Shown piece by piece: positions 28,428-37,824 of a stretch of DNA of 64,000 bases (position 1 is its first letter; the number at the start of each line of letters is the position of its first letter). A program made the translations under genes and the position numbers. The stretch lies in IMG/VR virus record IMGVR_UViG_3300020413_000001; one strand, written 5' to 3'. The notes beneath the pieces were generated by a model, which saw nothing but the letters and a program-made list of their open reading frames with translations, ran no database searches and was not told the DNA's origin. The stretch is from an uncultured virus (IMG/VR IMGVR_UViG_3300020413_000001). Its lineage: Duplodnaviria; Heunggongvirae; Uroviricota; Caudoviricetes.

Positions 28428-30637
28428 TATTTAAAAAAATCCTCATCTGATCTATCTTTACCAGTAAATAATTTGTAGCCTTGATAACCAAGTGTTCCAA
28501 GTGTTGCTAGTCCTGCACCAATAGACAATGCAGGTAATGCAGCTGTTCCTGCTAAACCTAATGACGCTATTCCTAATAGTCCTCTTGATGCTCCGGCTTT
28601 TGCTAAAGCTTTAACCCCAGGATTCATAAATGCTGCACCTAAATAATTTAATGGGTTCGTTGCAATTTCTTCTGCATCTTTACCTGCTCTAATATCTTGT
28701 GCTACATAACCAGCTGCTGATGGTAGTGCTACGATCGGTGCACCCAATGCCCATAAACCTTTTCCAAGTACACCTTTGTTTAAACCGATTGCAGACATAA
28801 CTCTTCCTCTACCTCCCGGTAATGGTCCAGTTTCTCCAACACCTCTAGCTCTTTGATAAACACCTTTTGCAATCGGTGCAGTTAATCCTGCTGCTCCAGC
28901 AAGTTCTACTTTAAATTGATTATCTAATAAAAGATTATTTTCAACATACTCACCTCTATCTTCTACGTCAGAGATAATCATTCCTTCCATCTGACTATCG
29001 TTAGTTAGATATGTACTAGGATCATCATTTTTAAATTGTTTTACTAACGCACCAGCTCCAGCGCCTGCGGCTACGGTACCAAGGCCCAGGGCAATCTTAC
29101 TTGCTAAGCCACCTCTAAGTAAATTTGGATTTTCTTTTAGTGCTGTTAAAAATTTAGTTCCTGAGTTTTTAATTTTATTAAATGCACCGCCTGCATTAGA
29201 TTTATTAATTTCTTGCGCTAATCTTTTAGGGTCTTTTTCAAGTGCATCATTAACCGCATCTACGCATTTTAATGCTGGTCCGCCATTAGCTCTTCCTTTA
29301 ATTATTGATAGTTCACAAATGTCACCACCTGCTCTAGCGTTAGCTTTTGCATCATTAATAAACTTTATTCCTAATTTTTCTGTTAAATCTTGAACTATGT
29401 TTGGATTTACTTTAGCTGCGTCTTTAAATAATTTTACAGTTTCTCTTTTTGCTACACCAAGTCCTTTACCCGGAGTAACACTTTTTTGAGCTATACCTAA
29501 ACCTTCTTGTCTTGCTCCTATTTTTTTTAATTCATAATTAGCAAGTGCAGAAGAAATTTCTCCTCTGTTTAATCTATTCATAATAGTTGCAGCCTGAGTA
29601 TTTTTTATCTGTGTTAACAATTGAAAATTTTTAGTCGGTTCTTTAGAAATTAATTCTTGATGCTGTAAAGTTAAAGCATTATTTTTAAAAGTTTTTATTG
29701 AAGCATTTCTATCTGTAGTAAAAAAATTATATATTTCATTATATGTTGGAACTCTTTCATATTTTGAAAAATAACTACCTAATAACTTATCTGGAGATTC
29801 ATACTTAAATTTTTTTGCAACTTTGAAGAAACCTTGCATATCTGCATAGTCAGGGTGCTGTGTAATTACTTTTCCTGCAAGAGCACCAGATTTACTTAAA
29901 TTATAATCAACATGTGTATATAATTGATTTTTTCGAACATCGTTTACACCAACAAATTTATTATTTTTATCAAACACAGTTGTGTAAGTTCTTTCTTCTA
30001 ATGGTATGTTTGCTTTTTCTTGCCTTTCCGCGGCAATCTTCATGTAGTTAATTAATCTGTTGGCATCTTTTTCAGGATAGTATCCTTGTCTTGGTTTATA
30101 CTTGACGTCTTTTCTTTTTAACCCTTTCATTCGTAGTGAAAGTTTTTGTTTCTGACCCGACGTTAAATCAGTGTACTCAGCTAAAGTGTAGGGTAATCCA
30201 GTTCTTGGATTAATTGGTTTTTTCTTTTCTAATAATTCTCTAGTTTTAACATTTATTCTTTTTGACAATCCTTCTTTTTTAAAAAAAGATGTTGTTTCAC
30301 GAGGATTTTTTTCGTTAGCATATGCTTGTTTAATTCTTGATTTAGCTTTTTTATCTGCTTCCTCCCACTTATTAAAACCTTCGGCTTTAATATATTTTTT
30401 ATATTTTCTATTTATTTCTTTTGAACTAAGTCCTCTACCTGTTTCTAATTTTCTTTCTGCAATAGCGTCTAATGCTTCGTCCATTGTGTCAAAGATACCA
30501 TTTCTACCATTGTTAGATGTCAGCGTTCTAGAAAATAAATCATCTCCCGTAGATTTATAGTTTTTAGTAAATAAATCTCTTACAATGTATTTTCCTTTAA
30601 ATTCTTTTTGAGTGCTTAAAAATGGAGCTTGAGCCAT
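28427..30637 (-). CDS. Large hypothetical protein, putative internal virion protein, 736 aa
   Basis: Basic N-half; Gly/Ala/Leu-rich hydrophobic C-half; between terL and portal. Confidence 0.55.
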   Translation of the reverse strand: MAQAPFLSTQKEFKGKYIVRDLFTKNYKSTGDDLFSRTLTSNNGRNGIFDTMDEALDAIAERKLETGRGLSSKEINRKYKKYIKAEGFNKWEEADKKAKSRIKQAYANEKNPRETTSFFKKEGLSKRINVKTRELLEKKKPINPRTGLPYTLAEYTDLTSGQKQKLSLRMKGLKRKDVKYKPRQGYYPEKDANRLINYMKIAAERQEKANIPLEERTYTTVFDKNNKFVGVNDVRKNQLYTHVDYNLSKSGALAGKVITQHPDYADMQGFFKVAKKFKYESPDKLLGSYFSKYERVPTYNEIYNFFTTDRNASIKTFKNNALTLQHQELISKEPTKNFQLLTQIKNTQAATIMNRLNRGEISSALANYELKKIGARQEGLGIAQKSVTPGKGLGVAKRETVKLFKDAAKVNPNIVQDLTEKLGIKFINDAKANARAGGDICELSIIKGRANGGPALKCVDAVNDALEKDPKRLAQEINKSNAGGAFNKIKNSGTKFLTALKENPNLLRGGLASKIALGLGTVAAGAGAGALVKQFKNDDPSTYLTNDSQMEGMIISDVEDRGEYVENNLLLDNQFKVELAGAAGLTAPIAKGVYQRARGVGETGPLPGGRGRVMSAIGLNKGVLGKGLWALGAPIVALPSAAGYVAQDIRAGKDAEEIATNPLNYLGAAFMNPGVKALAKAGASRGLLGIASLGLAGTAALPALSIGAGLATLGTLGYQGYKLFTGKDRSDEDFFK

Positions 30638-32451
30638 TAGACCTCCAGGATCTTAGCTAGTCCGCCTTTTGCTGCTTTGAAAGGTGATTTATACGACTTC
30701 ATAGAATTTAAAAACATTTCAATTAATTCATCAACTGTTTCTTTTCCAGTTAATTTTACACCACCACCAATAAACATTTCTGCTCGTTCATAATCGATTT
30801 GATTTTTACCAGGAATTCTAATTTTATTTATAAATTCTGCAGCTTGTAATCCTTGCGGCATCTCAGCAATGTTATCATACATACCATAGCTTCCTGGACC
30901 TGATGTATCTCTTGTTCTAATAAATTTCTCAATAACTTTTTTATCAACGTCTCCTAAAAATTTTTCAGTAATTGGTCCTGTTCTAAATGTTTCTTCTTGC
31001 TTAACAAGATCCACATCATCAGCACCTCTTTTAAACATATTTGCAATACCTGAAAATACGCTTTTACCTAATTTAAAACCGGCTCGACCACCATCTGCAT
31101 AATCTAAACCTAGTCTTTTCTTAATCTCTAATATTCCGTCAGGAAACTTAGCTGGATTTTTTAAAACTTGATTTAACATTTTAAAGTATGCTGTTTTCTC
31201 CGGACCTACCATAGTTCTATCCATTGCAAGTTCTCTAAATAATCTTGTAATATCTTCTGCCTCTAAACCATATTCACGTAGTGCTTGGTATCCCATTTTT
31301 TCTCCTGCATCGACAGATTTTTCAATAGCTTTTGCTTTTTTCATAAGACCGAAAGCTTTACCTGCTGATTTGCCAAATCTAAAACCAGCTCGACCACCGT
31401 CTGCTAACTCATCTATAAATTTTGCAGTCATTCTATCAAACCTTGGATTGTCCGGTCTTAATCCTGCAGCGTCTGTTACGTTTTCTAAAACTCTATTTGT
31501 AAATTTTACAATATCATCACCTGTTGCACCTGATGGAATCATTTCTGCAATTCTTGGACCAAAGTATTTTTCAACTAATACAATTGGATCTCCACCAATT
31601 CCACCACCACCTTCGGTGATAAATTTTACATCTTCTGCTGATATAACATTATTTAAATTTGTTTTACCGAATGCAGCTGTTCCTACATCGTATTCATCTT
31701 TTTTTAATGCTTCTAATAAAAATTCTCTAGCTGATGAACGTTTAGCTGGTATGTCACCTCTGTTAGTAACAGTAGACATAATACCTTTATCCATCATTTT
31801 TTTAACTTGGTCAGCTAGATCAGGATCTTGTATTCTAAGTTGTTTAATTGTTTCTTCAGCTGATTGAATTGGTGCTGCAATATCATCGGGTCCGCCACGT
31901 GAACCTGGAGGCGGTAGATCGTCTACAGTATCGAAATACCCTTTACCAAATTTTCTATCTACAAGATCTTGAATTATGTCTCCTTCACTCTTTGTATAAT
32001 TTTGAAGTTCATCTATTGGTTTTAATTCTTTTAACTTAGCTGCTTCCTCTGGAGCAACATATCCAAAATCATCTGCCATCAATCTAAGTGATGCTAAACC
32101 TTCTTGGTCCAGGTTCCTGGTCCCTGTTGCCATGTCCGTGATATTTGCGACTTGTTTAGGGTAATAAAATTCTTCTAGCTTTAACATATTATTGTAAAGC
32201 TTAGTTGCTTGAATATCGTTTAGTTTGTCGGCAGTTAAATAACCTAGTGGACTTTTTAATTCTTCTAGTATTTTTGATTTACCTAATGCTCCTACAGCTT
32301 CCATGTTAATGTCCATCTCAACGAATGGCTCTGGATTCTTACCGGTACCTAGAAAAGTAACATTGGATCGGGAACCAAGGACATCGTTCATATTTCCACC
32401 TAGTTTGGAATATAATTTTACAATGTTTTCTACTAGTTCTTTTTTAGCCAT
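30637..32451 (-). CDS. Hypothetical protein with ADGGRAGF repeats, putative internal virion protein, 604 aa
   Basis: Two ADGGRAGFxxG copies and C-terminal AAKGGLAKILEV. Confidence 0.6.
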   Translation of the reverse strand: MAKKELVENIVKLYSKLGGNMNDVLGSRSNVTFLGTGKNPEPFVEMDINMEAVGALGKSKILEELKSPLGYLTADKLNDIQATKLYNNMLKLEEFYYPKQVANITDMATGTRNLDQEGLASLRLMADDFGYVAPEEAAKLKELKPIDELQNYTKSEGDIIQDLVDRKFGKGYFDTVDDLPPPGSRGGPDDIAAPIQSAEETIKQLRIQDPDLADQVKKMMDKGIMSTVTNRGDIPAKRSSAREFLLEALKKDEYDVGTAAFGKTNLNNVISAEDVKFITEGGGGIGGDPIVLVEKYFGPRIAEMIPSGATGDDIVKFTNRVLENVTDAAGLRPDNPRFDRMTAKFIDELADGGRAGFRFGKSAGKAFGLMKKAKAIEKSVDAGEKMGYQALREYGLEAEDITRLFRELAMDRTMVGPEKTAYFKMLNQVLKNPAKFPDGILEIKKRLGLDYADGGRAGFKLGKSVFSGIANMFKRGADDVDLVKQEETFRTGPITEKFLGDVDKKVIEKFIRTRDTSGPGSYGMYDNIAEMPQGLQAAEFINKIRIPGKNQIDYERAEMFIGGGVKLTGKETVDELIEMFLNSMKSYKSPFKAAKGGLAKILEV

Positions 32452-33928
32452 AATACTTTACATGTCCCCGTACGATTGGATCATCTTTGTAATCCTCTGG
32501 GTGTCTGATTAATCCACCCTGTCTAATTCTCATAATGGCTTGTGTCGTACTATCCACATAGTCATCATATTCTCCAAATGGGAAAGAGGCACATTCTTCA
32601 ACGACCTCTTGTGCAAAATGCTCGTGCATAGGCGCCCATATTTTTCCACTCTCAAAGAGCGGAGCTACGGAGTTTAATCTTGTATGTTTATCATTTCCTT
32701 TTGATGGTGTAAAGTTAATAACCGGTATATCCATTTGTCTTAACTCATGAGTCAGAGGTAATCCTGTGGCTTTTGCTTCAATAATTACCATGTCAGGACG
32801 CCAGTCTTGATACTCCTCTAAAGCTACTCTACGTAGTTCTGGAAAGTCATATCTATCTTTAAACGCGTTAAGTAAGATTATGCTTTGTCCCTGGTCCTCG
32901 GTCGTAAAGACTCCCCACGTGGTTATAGCTGAAAAGTCAGCTGTTGTTTTTTTAGTAAACGCTGTATCGTATGATTGCACTATATAATCTAATGGCGGTG
33001 GATATTTTTCAGTCCAGTCTCTCCACCATTCTCGTTTTAAGATAGCTCCTTCTTCTGCCGTTGGCATCTGCATATATTGTGCTAGCCAGTTACTAACTGG
33101 TATAGACGCTTTGGTCTTAAGTAATTCTTGGCTTGTCCAGTATTCAGGCCACACGGGTTTTCCATCAGGGAGCAGGGCTGGTAATTCAACAACCTCCCAC
33201 TGATCAGATCCTTCCTCAGATTGTGCTTTTAATAATTGACCAGTTATGTCTTTAGTAGACCAACGAGTCATTACAATTACAATAGCTCCACCAGGTTGCA
33301 AACGCTGACGTGGACCAGCTGTGTACCAGTTCATTGCTTTCTCAAAAGCTTTACCATCTGCACGCACGTCTTGTTCTTTGTGTGGGTCATCAATGATTAA
33401 TAGATCAGCACCACGACCTGTAATTGCTCCACCAACACCGGCTGCAAAGTATTCACCGCCTTGTTCAGTTTTCCATTTCCCTGCTGCCTGACTATCTTCT
33501 TGTAGTCTTGTGTCAAACAATTCTCTGTACTTTGATTCATCCACTAAATTTTTAGTTTTACGACCAAAGTCAATTGCAAGATCTGCTGTGTGTGTTGCTT
33601 GGATTATTTTTAATTTTGGATTCTTACCAATCATCCATGCCGGGAGTAAGTATGAGGCAAACTCCGACTTAGTATGTCTAGGCGGCATGTTAATGATCAG
33701 TCTTTTAATTTTCCCCGTAGCGAGGTCATTAAATTTTTTATTAATAATTTTGTGGTGGGACCCCTCTATAAATTCGGGCCACACATACTTAACAAAACTT
33801 AAAAAATTTTTTGTAATATTTGGTCGGGCCTCATCCAATGCTACGCTTCGTTCAAGTTCAAGTAGTTTAGCGCTTTCTTCTGGGGTCAAACCCTCATATT
33901 TTTTTTCTAAAATTTTTTCGTTTGGCAT
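32444..33928 (-). CDS. terL: Terminase large subunit
   Basis: Walker A region NMPPRHTKS, Walker B LIIDD, VMTRW, nuclease SYDTA...IEAKATG...DDYVD. Confidence 0.93.
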   Translation of the reverse strand: MPNEKILEKKYEGLTPEESAKLLELERSVALDEARPNITKNFLSFVKYVWPEFIEGSHHKIINKKFNDLATGKIKRLIINMPPRHTKSEFASYLLPAWMIGKNPKLKIIQATHTADLAIDFGRKTKNLVDESKYRELFDTRLQEDSQAAGKWKTEQGGEYFAAGVGGAITGRGADLLIIDDPHKEQDVRADGKAFEKAMNWYTAGPRQRLQPGGAIVIVMTRWSTKDITGQLLKAQSEEGSDQWEVVELPALLPDGKPVWPEYWTSQELLKTKASIPVSNWLAQYMQMPTAEEGAILKREWWRDWTEKYPPPLDYIVQSYDTAFTKKTTADFSAITTWGVFTTEDQGQSIILLNAFKDRYDFPELRRVALEEYQDWRPDMVIIEAKATGLPLTHELRQMDIPVINFTPSKGNDKHTRLNSVAPLFESGKIWAPMHEHFAQEVVEECASFPFGEYDDYVDSTTQAIMRIRQGGLIRHPEDYKDDPIVRGHVKYYG

Positions 33929-34067
33929 ATCTTCAATATGTTTTCAAAACTTATAGCATAATCGTCTAAATCTTCAACTTTAGTGACAACTTAGGATCCC
34001 TTTTTATTTTAGGGGGGGTGGGGTCTTTGCTTTGCGATTGTAGTGTTGCCTGGGCCTGGTACCTCTA

Positions 34068-34096
34068 TGGGTGGGCCCGCCCGGTCTCCTCATAAT
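34068..34096 (+). repeat. 29-bp GC-rich repeat, isolated copy
   Basis: TGGGTGGGCCCGCCCGGTCTCCTCATAAT; one mismatch to 36781-36809. Confidence 0.9.
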
Positions 34097-34106
34097 AAAA
34101 TTTTAG

Positions 34107-34143
34107 GGGTATGCAAAAACTGCAATGCTGTTCTTGCATACCC
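34107..34143. terminator. Inverted repeat downstream of the minus-strand early module
   Basis: GGGTATGCAA...TTGCATACCC. Confidence 0.45.
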
Positions 34144-34159
34144 TATGGGATATTCTGGG

Positions 34160-34435
34160 TTAGTTCATCTTCCTCTCTCTCATGCTTACCCAATCTTTAA
34201 ACTCGTTTGAGTCCATGTTCTTATCCATAAGATAAGGCAACATTAACATTGCCATTACGTGTGCCATAAATTTATAATCAAACTTATTAACACCAAACTC
34301 AACTCGGTTTATTTTTTCCTGTTCATCTTCTGCATTGTGAATAAACAATGCCATCTTAATTATGTCTGGTTGTAAATGATATGGATAACCAACATCACTA
34401 TCAAACTCAACATCAACATTATTTTTTTTAGTCAT
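34160..34435 (-). CDS. Hypothetical early protein (probable start MTKKNN)
   Basis: ORF track; GGAGG SD upstream of the internal Met. Confidence 0.6.
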   Translation of the reverse strand: MTKKNNVDVEFDSDVGYPYHLQPDIIKMALFIHNAEDEQEKINRVEFGVNKFDYKFMAHVMAMLMLPYLMDKNMDSNEFKDWVSMRERKMN

Positions 34436-34784
34436 TGTCGCCCTCCTGTATTGTGGTTCTTGTTGCCATGTATGGTACTCTTTCTGGTGTACCACTATTC
34501 CAATTATACCTACTACTTTCATACTTTTCTTTTACTACTTTGATAGGTGTTTCACTCGGTTGTTTAACTGGTCTTATGTTAGCAACTTCATTCCTAAACT
34601 TATTTAAGAACGCAAACAAACAATTATTATTACAGAAATATTGGAAAATGCTATTTTCCATATAACTACTATTAACATTTATTTTAACAGTTCTTAAAAC
34701 TTTATTGTCGCCAGAACCACGAACCCTTGATTGCGTTTTAATCGTATGACAATCTGGATTATGACACCAATTATGCGTTGCCAT
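34428..34784 (-). CDS. Hypothetical protein with CxxxxC and FCxxxC (possible zinc binding)
   Basis: WCHNPDC...YFCNNNC; GGAGG SD. Confidence 0.6.
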   Translation of the reverse strand: MATHNWCHNPDCHTIKTQSRVRGSGDNKVLRTVKINVNSSYMENSIFQYFCNNNCLFAFLNKFRNEVANIRPVKQPSETPIKVVKEKYESSRYNWNSGTPERVPYMATRTTIQEGDND

Positions 34785-35091
34785 TAGTTCCTCCTAACTT
34801 CTCATAATAACCTTTAGCCACTAAATAATTGTATAAATTTTTACAAGTCTTAGGTGCTTTCTTGTCATCTATGAAATTAAGAACAGCTTTTGCAAAACTA
34901 GAAAACCCTGTCACTCTAGGATTTGTCATAAGCATTCCACTTACAGCCTGTCTTTTTAATGCCATAAGTAAAAGTTCTTGTTGAAAAGTAAAACCACTTG
35001 GCATTTTTGTATTAGCTATCATTATGAGTTCCCCCTCTCTTAATCCAATAACTACCAGACGCAGTTCTATAATTATCTGCGTCAACATCAA
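34771..35091 (-). CDS. Hypothetical early protein
   Basis: ORF track; true start probably internal (MIANTK). Confidence 0.5.
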   Translation of the reverse strand: MMLTQIIIELRLVVIGLREGELIMIANTKMPSGFTFQQELLLMALKRQAVSGMLMTNPRVTGFSSFAKAVLNFIDDKKAPKTCKNLYNYLVAKGYYEKLGGTNGNA

Positions 35092-35302
35092 AATAAGTTA
35101 TTAGAGGTTTCATAGATTTGGAAAACCAATATTTACACTTGTCATTCCATTTACCATTTCTAGTAATAAACTTACCATGCTTTTTAGCATAGTAAGATAT
35201 TTGGAAAGTTTCGCCATTTACCATGTCAAACCTCCAAACTCTATTGCAATTAAAATACATGCAGTACAAATTAAAAAGTTCATACCCAGTAAAAAAATAC
35301 AA
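35012..35302 (-). CDS. Hypothetical early protein
   Basis: Probable start MVNGETF after GGAGG; ITYFDVDADNYRTA. Confidence 0.55.
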   Translation of the reverse strand: MYFFTGYELFNLYCMYFNCNRVWRFDMVNGETFQISYYAKKHGKFITRNGKWNDKCKYWFSKSMKPLITYFDVDADNYRTASGSYWIKRGGTHNDS

Positions 35303-35442
35303 TCTCTTTTTTGCGTTTTTTCTAAATCAAATAATCTCTTTCTTAATGAGAATATTAAATCGTTTTGTTTTTCGTTGTAAGATATTAATTGTCTATTAAT
35401 ATCGTTTTGTGCTTTATTACTTGCGTCTTGCGTTGCGTTCAT
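35218..35442 (-). CDS. Small coiled-coil protein with C-terminal transmembrane segment
   Basis: Hydrophobic IFLLGMNFLICTACILIAI. Confidence 0.6.
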   Translation of the reverse strand: MNATQDASNKAQNDINRQLISYNEKQNDLIFSLRKRLFDLEKTQKRDCIFLLGMNFLICTACILIAIEFGGLTW

Positions 35443-35508
35443 TTTATACCTTTCTATGTTAGTTAGTATTCTGGGATATTATATTAAAATATCCCAGAAA
35501 GCAATAGT

Positions 35509-36522
35509 CTAATTTAGACTTTCTTGTTGTTGTTTTTCGTATAATAGTCTTGCCTCAATTTTGGCTTTTCTATCTACGTTTTTGTTTTTCATGCCTTTAA
35601 TTCTTTCGGCAAGATTTTTAGGATTATAAATAACTAGCCCTGTACTATTAGTTCTAATTATTTCTGCGTCAGTAATATTAAGACCAAGTTCAGTACAAAG
35701 TTCCAATGCCTCGTCTAAATATTTATAACCTTTAAGACCAACTTTAATTTCTTTCATTTGGTCTAAAACAGATTGTATCCATTTTTGGTGTGCAATAACA
35801 AATTGACCTTTTGCCTGTTTCCAAGAAATTAAAAAGTTAAACTCTTGTTCATTACAAGCAATAGACCTATCTCTACAATAATCTCTACCAATTAAATCTA
35901 ATTGATATTTCTCATTCCATTGTTTGCCATAGCCACTATCTTTGTCGCCAAGATATTTATTATTGTTATCACAATATTTTGTTTTGTGAGGGTTGTTATC
36001 TTTTCCCTCCTGTTCAATCAAAATATCTGGGTTGCAATCTTCCTGTGCTTTTAACTCATCACGAAACAAAGCATAACCATATTGATTATCACTATGATAA
36101 GACGAATTGCTATCAGTATCAAAATCGCCATTTAATTTAAAATCAAAATGCTTTTCAATTTGTGCATCTTCAATTTTTAAATTGTTGTCATAATCTCTAG
36201 TTTCTTTTTTACCCATATAGTGAAAATGAAAACAACTATCTTTTGCAATCGTACTTACATTTTCAAACTTATTTTGTAAGTAGTATGCTTTTTCAACATC
36301 ATCTTCAGTATAATGTTTTCGCACAATTTTTTCTGCCACTTTCCATGCGTCATCATTTATCTGAATTTGATTTGCTTTCAGTTCGTCATACTTTTTCTTT
36401 TCCTGTGTATCTTCTTGCTCTAAATGTACTCTCATTCTATTAGCAATCTTATTACGATACTCGGAATTTAATCGTATTCTACTCATGTTTCCTTTCGGTT
36501 GATTGTTTTTATTTATTTGCAT
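35509..36522 (-). CDS. Hypothetical early protein, about 325-337 aa
   Basis: Long ORF; probable start MSRIRLN after AAAGGA. Confidence 0.75.
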   Translation of the reverse strand: MQINKNNQPKGNMSRIRLNSEYRNKIANRMRVHLEQEDTQEKKKYDELKANQIQINDDAWKVAEKIVRKHYTEDDVEKAYYLQNKFENVSTIAKDSCFHFHYMGKKETRDYDNNLKIEDAQIEKHFDFKLNGDFDTDSNSSYHSDNQYGYALFRDELKAQEDCNPDILIEQEGKDNNPHKTKYCDNNNKYLGDKDSGYGKQWNEKYQLDLIGRDYCRDRSIACNEQEFNFLISWKQAKGQFVIAHQKWIQSVLDQMKEIKVGLKGYKYLDEALELCTELGLNITDAEIIRTNSTGLVIYNPKNLAERIKGMKNKNVDRKAKIEARLLYEKQQQESLN

Positions 36523-36780
36523 AAAAATTAATTTATACTATTGAATTTATTTGTAAAGGGATTATATAAGATATTATGTTATTATTTATAAAAACTTAAT
36601 ACTAAATGAAAGTTAGTCTGGGGTGTTGCTATCAGCGTGATGTACCCCCAGACAACATACAGAATTTACGAATTTTGTGTATGTCATTAAAGAGTCGACC
36701 TACAACACAAAGTCGGTTGTATTTGCACATGCTTAAAAAGGTCGTGTGCAACTACAACTAGAAAAATTTTTATTTTTTTT

Positions 36781-36885
36781 TGGGTGGGCCCGCCCGGGCT
36801 CCTCATAATTGTTTTTTTTGGGTGGGCCCGCCAGGACTCCCCATAATGTTTTTTTTTGGGTGGGCCCGCCAGGGCTCCTCACAAT
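36781..36885 (+). repeat. Three tandem 29-bp GC-rich repeats, 38-bp period, separated by T-tracts
   Basis: Copies at 36781, 36819, 36857: TGGGTGGGCCCGCC(C/A)GG(G/A)CTCC(T/C)CA(T/C)AAT. Confidence 0.92.
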
Positions 36886-37044
36886 GGCCGCGAGCCAGCA
36901 AGCTTGTCAAGTAAATTATTTTTTTTATTATCTTGCATCTGGGATTAAATAGGATATATATACAGCTGGATCAGGTATCGCGCCGCCGCCGCTATTGCAC
37001 AGGTAACCTGGCCTTATCTGGTCCATAACAAAAGGAGAAATAGT

Positions 37045-37266
37045 ATGAAAGTTAAAATAAATATAGAATGGAGAAAAAGCAAACAGGAACCCGAGGCGCC
37101 TGAATACGTTATTCGAGACGCTTTGAAAATGGCCGGCTGGACTGTCGGACATATCGAGACTCAAGGCGTATGGGATGAAGACAAACCCGCAACGCCTCAA
37201 GGGCCGTGGAACCAGGACCGGCTGCCACATGAATGGATTGTCGATGGGTTTCTTACTGGGAAATAA
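37045..37266 (+). CDS. Hypothetical early protein, 73 aa
   Basis: AAAGGAG SD; followed by a GC hairpin at about 37274-37294. Confidence 0.7.
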   Translation: MKVKINIEWRKSKQEPEAPEYVIRDALKMAGWTVGHIETQGVWDEDKPATPQGPWNQDRLPHEWIVDGFLTGK

Positions 37267-37364
37267 ATTTAGAGGCCGGCCCGCTGGGCCGGCCGCTGCA
37301 CGCGCCCGGGATCCAGGACGTTGGGCCGCAAGCTCACAAGCTGCAAGCCTGCAAGCTCTCAAGC

Positions 37365-37393
37365 TTGACAATGGATCTGGGATATTGTAAGAT
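37365..37393 (+). promoter_or_regulatory. Sigma70-type promoter
   Basis: TTGACA-17 nt-TAAGAT upstream of AAAGGAG and the ORF at 37414. Confidence 0.75.
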
Positions 37394-37413
37394 AATTAAA
37401 AAGGAGAAATAAT

Positions 37414-37644
37414 ATGGACAATAAAGACTACACAAGACGTAACAGGTTCAACGGTGAAAGCGTTGAACTTACACCCGAGGAAGCTAAGCGCCATGATGAC
37501 ATTTTTTATTATGAAGCTCTTGCCACACTCGAGGATAAAAAGGCAGGCATCGATGGCACTTCCAAACTTTGGGATAAGGTGCGAAGTAACCTGGATTGGT
37601 TCAGACAGCACAACGCCAAAGCTTATATGGTGTTATTAGACTAA
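37414..37644 (+). CDS. Hypothetical early protein, 76 aa
   Basis: Strong SD; ends WFRQHNAKAYMVLLD. Confidence 0.75.
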   Translation: MDNKDYTRRNRFNGESVELTPEEAKRHDDIFYYEALATLEDKKAGIDGTSKLWDKVRSNLDWFRQHNAKAYMVLLD

Positions 37645-37769
37645 TGAAAAAAAATAGATACAATGCAGCCGGACCAGCAATGGTCCGGGTGCTGTTAATA
37701 CATTCAGACTGGCTCAGGGACAATGGCCACAAGCTACAAGCCACAAGCTGTAGAGCTCAAGCCGCAAGC

Positions 37770-37800
37770 TTGACAAGGAAATATTATTGTCGTATAGGAT
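37770..37800 (+). promoter_or_regulatory. Sigma70-type promoter
   Basis: TTGACA-17 nt-TATAGG(AT) upstream of the ORF at 37825. Confidence 0.6.
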
Positions 37801-37824
37801 ATTATAAGAAAGGAAAAATTACTT

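Noticed and set aside
36781..36885. Tandem repeats as a mini CRISPR array
   Set aside because: Intervening sequences are about 9-nt T-tracts, not unique spacers, and no cas genes are present
36928..37390. ORFs 36928..37371 (-) and 37175..37390 (+), also 37596..37874 and 38442..38697
   Set aside because: They translate hairpins and CAAGC arrays (QAAS/ASSQ-type low complexity) and overlap better genes or promoters
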